Source: Nitrospirota bacterium (GTDB lineage: Bacteria > Nitrospirota > JACRHJ01). From it: a DNA stretch of 64,000 nt. Positions 58,807 to 64,000 of the stretch are shown one piece after another. Each line of letters begins with the position of its first letter. Position 1 is the first letter of the stretch. The translations under genes were made by a program, and so were the position numbers. The notes under the pieces were generated by a model. It saw only the letters and a list, made by a program, of their open reading frames with translations, ran no database searches and was not told the origin of the DNA. The stretch covers positions 384,001 through 448,000 of the forward strand of contig CAVTDB010000026.1 in the NCBI GenBank assembly GCA_963733375.1, read 5' to 3'.

Positions 58807-59679
58807 TCAGACCTCCTGTCCCACGTATTTGCCGATGATTATATCGAGCTTGTTTTTAGCCTCTTCAGGTATAAGCTCCGCCGGGGTCATTATTGCGTAT
58901 TTCAAAGACTCGCCGCACGGACAGGAGCGCGAAACGGACAGAGACGAGACCGTGAACTGAATGATTTTTTTCGCCGTCTCCACGTTCTTCTTTAAGATAG
59001 CGATTACCGCCTCGACGGTCACGTCCTCCTCGGTCTCATGCCAGCAGTCGTAGTCAGTGGCAAGGGCGAGCGTGGAGTAGCATATCTCCGCCTCACGCGC
59101 GAGCTTCGCCTCGGTGACGTTGGTCATGCCGATGACGTCCACTCCCCAACTCCGATATATCCTGGACTCGCCCCTCGTCGAGAACTGAGGGCCTTCCATG
59201 CAGATGTACGTCCCGCCCTTGTGCATTTTGGCCCCGGCCTTCACGCCGGCGTCGTAAAGCGCCCCCGCCAGCTCCTGGCAGACCGGGTCCGCGAACCCGA
59301 CGTGAGCGACTACCCCGCCGCCGAAGAACGTGCTGATCCGGTTTTTCGTCTGGTCGTAGAACTGGTCCGGGACGACGATGTCGCCAGGCGCGATATCTTC
59401 TTTCATGCTCCCGACGGCGGAGACGGATATGATGCGTTTGACGCCGAGTTTCTTCATGGCGTAGATGTTCGCCCGATAATTTATTTCCGAGGGAGTGAAC
59501 CTGTGACCCCGGCCATGCCTGGGAAGAAACGCCAGCCTTCTGCCCTCCAGCGTCCCCAGGATGAACTCGTCCGACGGCGCTCCGAAAGGAGTATCCACCC
59601 GGACGGAGGTGACATCTTTCAGGCCCTCCATGTCGTAGAGGCCGCTTCCGCCTATTACTCCTATTTCCGCTTCAGGCAA
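58807..59679 (-). CDS. mtnP: S-methyl-5'-thioadenosine phosphorylase
   Basis: IGGSGLY, RHG..H, NYRANI, EGPQFST, GMT, TDYDCW. Confidence 0.93.
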   Translation of the reverse strand: MPEAEIGVIGGSGLYDMEGLKDVTSVRVDTPFGAPSDEFILGTLEGRRLAFLPRHGRGHRFTPSEINYRANIYAMKKLGVKRIISVSAVGSMKEDIAPGDIVVPDQFYDQTKNRISTFFGGGVVAHVGFADPVCQELAGALYDAGVKAGAKMHKGGTYICMEGPQFSTRGESRIYRSWGVDVIGMTNVTEAKLAREAEICYSTLALATDYDCWHETEEDVTVEAVIAILKKNVETAKKIIQFTVSSLSVSRSCPCGESLKYAIMTPAELIPEEAKNKLDIIIGKYVGQEV

Positions 59680-59716
59680 TTTAATTTCTCCTAAAAATAT
59701 CAACTGAAACAGCCGG

Positions 59717-59745
59717 ATTATAAGCCAAAGGGAGTATTTTGTAAA
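59717..59745 (-). promoter_or_regulatory. Sigma70-type promoter of mtnP
   Basis: TTTACA-17-TATAAT. Confidence 0.72.
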
Positions 59746-59770
59746 GGGATTTCGGGTAGTTTTAATAGTT

Positions 59771-60169
59771 TTAATACCGGCCGGAGAAATAATCCTCAAG
59801 TATACGGGGGTGGTCGAAACAGATGGGAGAGGGCAGGCTGCCTTTGGCGAAAACGCCTATGCCCTTTGCGTCGTCGCCCGCTCTCGGCATGCCTTCCGCC
59901 CTGGCTATGAATACCGTCGATATGGTGTGGAAACGGGGGTCCCTTTTCGGGTCGGAATATGTATGGAACTGACGGATCAGCAAAACGTCTAAATCAGTCT
60001 CTTCCCTGGCCTCCCGGACGGCCGCGGCCTCGGCGCTCTCGCCGTAATCTATGAACCCGCCCGGTATCGCCCAGCCATGCGGCTCGTTCTTCCTCTCTAT
60101 CAGGACTATCCCCTCCGGCAGCTCGATTATGATGTCCACCGTGGGGAAGGGGTTCTTCCTTTCAGGCAT
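59771..60169 (-). CDS. Nudix hydrolase (ADP-ribose pyrophosphatase-like)
   Basis: [22 protein letters not shown] Nudix box; RDPR, AGDDA. Confidence 0.9.
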   Translation of the reverse strand: MPERKNPFPTVDIIIELPEGIVLIERKNEPHGWAIPGGFIDYGESAEAAAVREAREETDLDVLLIRQFHTYSDPKRDPRFHTISTVFIARAEGMPRAGDDAKGIGVFAKGSLPSPICFDHPRILEDYFSGRY

Positions 60170-60495
60170 CAGCCTTCCACCCAGGGCTCCTCGGACTCCG
60201 CCGGTACCGGGGCCGCCGTCTCCGGCAGCGGGATTTCCCTGGCGTCCTTCGGCTCTTGCTCGGCATGGTTTACATGGCCAGCCAGTTCCACCGCGCGCTC
60301 CGGCACGATCGAATTGATGGCGTGCTTGTAGATAAGGTGCTGGCCGTCATGCTTAAGCAGAATGACGAAGTTATCGAAGCCTTTCACCAGGCCCTCGATC
60401 TTACCCCCTCCGGCGATATTCACGACTACCGGGATTTTCTCTTTTCGCACGTGGTTTAAAAACGCGTCCTGCAGGTTTATCTGGGACCTCGACAT
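60169..60495 (-). CDS. hfq: RNA chaperone Hfq
   Basis: LQDAFLN, GFDNF, IYKHAI; canonical miaA-hfq synteny. Confidence 0.95.
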   Translation of the reverse strand: MSRSQINLQDAFLNHVRKEKIPVVVNIAGGGKIEGLVKGFDNFVILLKHDGQHLIYKHAINSIVPERAVELAGHVNHAEQEPKDAREIPLPETAAPVPAESEEPWVEG

Positions 60496-60551
60496 ATCTC
60501 TCCCTTTTTTCCAAATGTGTTAATACTTCTCCGCCCTACCCATCTTATAGA

Positions 60552-60580
60552 AAACTATCGGAAATCCCCGGAAATATCAA
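60552..60580 (-). promoter_or_regulatory. Candidate hfq promoter in the 3' end of miaA
   Basis: TTGATA-17-TAGTTT. Confidence 0.5.
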
Positions 60581-61529
60581 GTGCTTTCTTCACCGAGTCC
60601 ATGGATGACGCTAAATTTTTATCAGAAATATCAACCCACTGCACGCCTTCCTGGCCGTTGAACCAGGTATATTGCCTCTTGGCGTAGTGCCTCGTGTCGC
60701 GTTTTATCAGCCGCGCCGCCTCATCCAAGCCCAGTTCGCCGTCCAGATGCGCCAGGAGCTGCTTGTAACCGAGGGCATGCATGGAGGGCATCTCACGGGT
60801 GCAGCCTTTATCCCGAAGCGTCTTCACCTCGTCAAGAAATCCCTCATCCAACATCTTGTCCACCCGCGCTTCTATACGCCTGTAAAGCTCCGGCCGGGGC
60901 ATTGTCAGGCCCGCGATTTTACAGTTGTACCTGCCGCCCCTGTCAGCACCCCTATCTGAGCGTCTATCTGAGCCTGTGGCTGAGCCTGTGGCGCCCCACT
61001 GAGACTGGCTCTCGCTGATTGGCTTGCCGGACTTTTGAAATACCTCCAGCGCGCGAATCGTCCTCCGTACGTCCGAAGGATGTATCTTTTCCGCCGCCTT
61101 CGGGTCGGCATTTTTCAACATACTATAAAGCGCGCCCGGCTCTTTGCGTTCAGCGTCCATCAGTTCTTCCCGCAGGGCGAAATCCGCAACCGGACCCTCA
61201 AACAGCCCCTCCGTGAGCGCCCGTATATACATTCCCGTCCCGCCCACGACCAGGGGGATTTTTCCCCGTCCAGTTATATCCTTTATCGCCTCATCCGCAA
61301 GCTGGACGTACCGCCCGGCTGAGAATTCCTCCTTCGGGTCCGCCACGTCTATCAGGTGGTGCGGCACCCGCGCCCGTTCATCCGGTGTCGGCTTCGCTGT
61401 GCCGATGTCCATGCCCCGATAGACCTGCATGGAGTCCGCGGAGATTATTTCCGCGCCTATCTCTTCGGCAATGGCTAACGATATTTCAGTCTTGCCGACT
61501 GCGGTCGGGCCGACGATAATATAAATCAT
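60555..61529 (-). CDS. miaA: tRNA dimethylallyltransferase
   Basis: GPTAVGKT, DSMQVY, GTAKP, VGGTG.Y, YAKRQ.TWF. Confidence 0.96.
   Translation of the reverse strand: MIYIIVGPTAVGKTEISLAIAEEIGAEIISADSMQVYRGMDIGTAKPTPDERARVPHHLIDVADPKEEFSAGRYVQLADEAIKDITGRGKIPLVVGGTGMYIRALTEGLFEGPVADFALREELMDAERKEPGALYSMLKNADPKAAEKIHPSDVRRTIRALEVFQKSGKPISESQSQWGATGSATGSDRRSDRGADRGGRYNCKIAGLTMPRPELYRRIEARVDKMLDEGFLDEVKTLRDKGCTREMPSMHALGYKQLLAHLDGELGLDEAARLIKRDTRHYAKRQYTWFNGQEGVQWVDISDKNLASSMDSVKKALDISGDFR
60933..60992 (-). repeat. Degenerate in-frame 12 bp tandem repeat within miaA
   Basis: GCCACAGGCTCA x2 then GATAGACGCTCA, GATAGGGGTGCT, GACAGGGGCGGC, encoding ATGS ATGS DRRS DRGA DRGG. Confidence 0.7.
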
Positions 61530-63296
61530 TTCCTCTTGAACATCTTCTCCAGCTCGTTCAGCCCGAACTTTATCACCGTCGGTCTGCCGTGTGCGCAGGT
61601 GTATGGCATCTCGCAGGAGAAGAGTTGTTCTATGAGCCGCTCCATTGCGTACGGGTGCAATTTTTTGCCAGCCTTGACGGCGCTCTTGCAGGCGACCGAT
61701 TTGCAAATTTTTTCCCGAAGCTCCTCCGCCTTCCCTTTCACGTCCGCGCTTTCCAGCTCGGATACCAGCCCCAGCACCACTTCCTTTATGTCCGCCTTCT
61801 CAAGGAACAGCGGCTTTGAGCGGATGAGGAAACTCCCGCCGCCGAAAGGCTCCGCATCTATGCCCAGTTCCTTAAGCTCCGGCAGGACGGCCTCAAGGAG
61901 CGCCGCCTCCTTCGCGGTAAGCTCTATGCGCTCCGGGACCAGTAACCCTTGCGAGGATTCCCCGTGCTTGCCGAACCGGGCCTTCACCTTTTCATACTGC
62001 ACGCGCTCGTGCGCCGCGTGCTGGTCGATTAAGATAAAGCCGTCTTCTCTCCTGGCAATGATGTAGGAATCCATAACCTGCATGGGGAACTCCCGGCTGA
62101 ATTCCCGTTCCGGTTCCGGATGTACATTCCTCTCCGTGTGGAGCGGAATCCTCTCCTGGCGGTGCTCATACGTACTCCCCTCTCCCGGCGCTCCGCGCCA
62201 CCCTCTCCCACAGGTGGAGAGGGAAAGCGGGAGGGGATATTATACGGCGGGGCGAATGGGGCAGGGGCCTCGCGCACTGTGCCGGCATCCATGAAGGCAT
62301 CGGCGCCGGGGGCGCACTCGGAGCTTTTCAGCGCACAGATAACAGCCTCTTTTATAGTCCTCTGCACCCCTTGCGCATCCGCGAAACGGACCTCCCTCTT
62401 GGCCGGATGCACGTTCACGTCCACCTGAGAGGGTTCTATATCTATGAACAGGATTGATGCCGGGTGCCGCTCCTTCATCAGCAGCGACTCGTATGCATCG
62501 TAAAGGGCGCGGGTTATCACACGGTCCTTCACGGGCCGGTGGTTCACGAAGGTCTCCTGCCTTGAGCGGTCGGAGAAGGTGCTTCCCGGCGCGGAGACGA
62601 AACCATGAACACGGCATGCTCCGCCGCCGTTATTTATCTCCGAGAGTCCCTTCGCGAAGTCTCTTCCGTAAACCTGGGCCACCCGCTCCCTGAGCTCCCG
62701 GACCGGCGGGCAATCGAACAATTCCTTGCCGTCACTTGTCAGCCTGAAATGGACCATCGGGTGCGCAAGCGCCAGCCTCTCAACCGTCGCCGCGATATGC
62801 GACAGCTCGGTCTCCCGGCTCTTTAAGAACTTAAGCCTCGCCGGGGTATTGAAGAATAAGTCGCGCACCTCCGCCGTGGTCCCCCTGGCCGCGCCGACCT
62901 CCTTCACGCCCTGGATTTTTCCGCCTTCGATTAGATCAATGAGCCGTGGCCCTCACCCGTGGAGGTGGTGAGCCTGAACCGTGAAACCGATGCGATGGAC
63001 GGGAGCGCCTCGCCCCGAAAGCCCATGGTGGAGATTGACAAGAGACCTTCGTCGGAACTCAGCTTGCTGGTGGCATGGCGTTCGAATGCCAGGAGTGCGT
63101 CGTCCGGGGACATCCCCGAGCCGTCGTCGATTATCTTTATTACCTTGGTCCCGCCGCCCCCCGTCTCGATGAATATCCGGGATGCGCCCGAATCGAGGGA
63201 GTTTTCGACCAGTTCCTTCACCACCGACGCCGGACGCTCCACCACTTCTCCGGCGGCGATTTTATTGGCGATATTTTCAGGAAGGATTTTAATCAT
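61526..63296 (-). CDS. mutL: DNA mismatch repair endonuclease MutL (frameshifts near 62940 and 62100-62170)
   Basis: [42 protein letters not shown]. Confidence 0.96.
62176..62237. repeat. REP-like multi-hairpin element inside the mutL linker
   Basis: GGCGC-tcc-GCGCC and CCCTCTCC-7 nt-GGAGAGGG hairpins, closed by outer TCCCCTC(TC)CCG / CGGGAGGGGA arms. Confidence 0.72.
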
Positions 63297-63745
63297 GTTC
63301 CAGTGTGCCCGAATCCTCCGTCCCCGCGTTTAGTTCCGTTTAGTTCTTCGACGTGGATCAGCTCCGCCCGGACCACCTCGTTTATCACCATCTGGGCGAT
63401 GCGGTCGCCGCGTTTTATGGTAAACGGCTCTTCACCGAAATTAATCAGTATGACCTTTATCTCGCCGCGGTAATCGGCATCCACCGTCCCCGGTGCATTG
63501 ACCAGGCTTATGCCGTGTTTCGCGGCCAAACCGCTCCTCGGGCGCACCTGTGCCTCATACCCTTCCGGAAGCTCGATGGATATGCCAGTAGGGACAAGCG
63601 CCCATTTTCCGGATGGGACAACCAGCTGCCCGTCCACCGCGGCCAAGAGGTCCATCCCCGCGGAATGCTCCGTCTGGTACGACGGCAGAGGCAGGTCTTC
63701 GCTTTCAGGTAATTTCTTTATTTTTATTTTTAGTTGTACGGGCAT
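63293..63745 (-). CDS. dut: dUTP diphosphatase
   Basis: [34 protein letters not shown]. Confidence 0.97.
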   Translation of the reverse strand: MPVQLKIKIKKLPESEDLPLPSYQTEHSAGMDLLAAVDGQLVVPSGKWALVPTGISIELPEGYEAQVRPRSGLAAKHGISLVNAPGTVDADYRGEIKVILINFGEEPFTIKRGDRIAQMVINEVVRAELIHVEELNGTKRGDGGFGHTGT

Positions 63746-63749
63746 TTCT

Positions 63750-64000
63750 TTAATGGACGGGGATTTCTTTTTGAAGCTCTGCCTTCTCTATCGGCCCCAG
63801 GGCGCTCATGGCTATTTCCTCGCTGCCGAAAAGCTCATGCACCAGCCTGTTCACCTGTTCCGCATCCACCTTCTCGATTTCCGCGATTATCTCGTCCAGG
63901 GTGTAGCGGCGGCCCAGGTACATCTCCTGTTTCGCGAGCTGGCTCATCCGGTTGTACGTATTCTCCATGCCGAGGACCATATTTCCTTTAAGCTGTTCTT
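63750..64000 (-). CDS. M16 family peptidase, C-terminal fragment (5' end outside window)
   Basis: [21 protein letters not shown]...GR...I..V; usual position upstream of dut. Confidence 0.8.
   Translation of the reverse strand, partial: EQLKGNMVLGMENTYNRMSQLAKQEMYLGRRYTLDEIIAEIEKVDAEQVNRLVHELFGSEEIAMSALGPIEKAELQKEIPVH

Overview
Gene-dense, GC-rich chromosomal core region of a Gram-negative bacterium. Gene content and order (KDO synthesis, Lol, futalosine pathway, system II cytochrome c biogenesis, lnt-prfB, carA-radical SAM-carB-greA) suggest a Nitrospirota/Desulfobacterota-like organism; this is an inference. About 25 genes, many essential, carry small frameshifts, so the sequence is most likely an unpolished long-read assembly and these genes are called as intact CDSs with approximate joins. 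Content in order: pyrG-kdsA-kdsD-kdsC-pgsA-plsY, TPR and DUF4388 proteins, amidohydrolase-mqnE-mqnC; an 18 kb minus-strand run headed by a PyrR attenuator (pyrR-pyrB-pyrC-phosphoesterase-carA-radical SAM-carB-greA-pyrK-pyrD-UshA-like/tetraheme fusion-DUF62-response regulator-miaB-mtaB-thiI-like-lipoprotein); lepA-lepB; ROK kinase; perR/fur followed by two Hfq-like genes, lnt, prfB (programmed frameshift), ogg, lysS, lolE/lolD; PilB-like ATPase; ECF metal transporter; queD, pmbA, ccsB/ccsA, copA, stress genes; rodZ, pilF-like, pfkB, mtnP, nudix, hfq, miaA, mutL, dut. I saw no rRNA, tRNA, CRISPR array or transposase. The most notable feature is a Fur/PerR-led locus encoding a tandem two-domain Hfq plus a third divergent Hfq, in addition to the normal miaA-linked hfq: four different Sm/Hfq domains and a candidate heteromeric bacterial Sm ring. 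Also notable are a DARS-like DnaA-box cluster, REP-like palindromes (one inside mutL), and active-site variants of DUF62 and CcsA.
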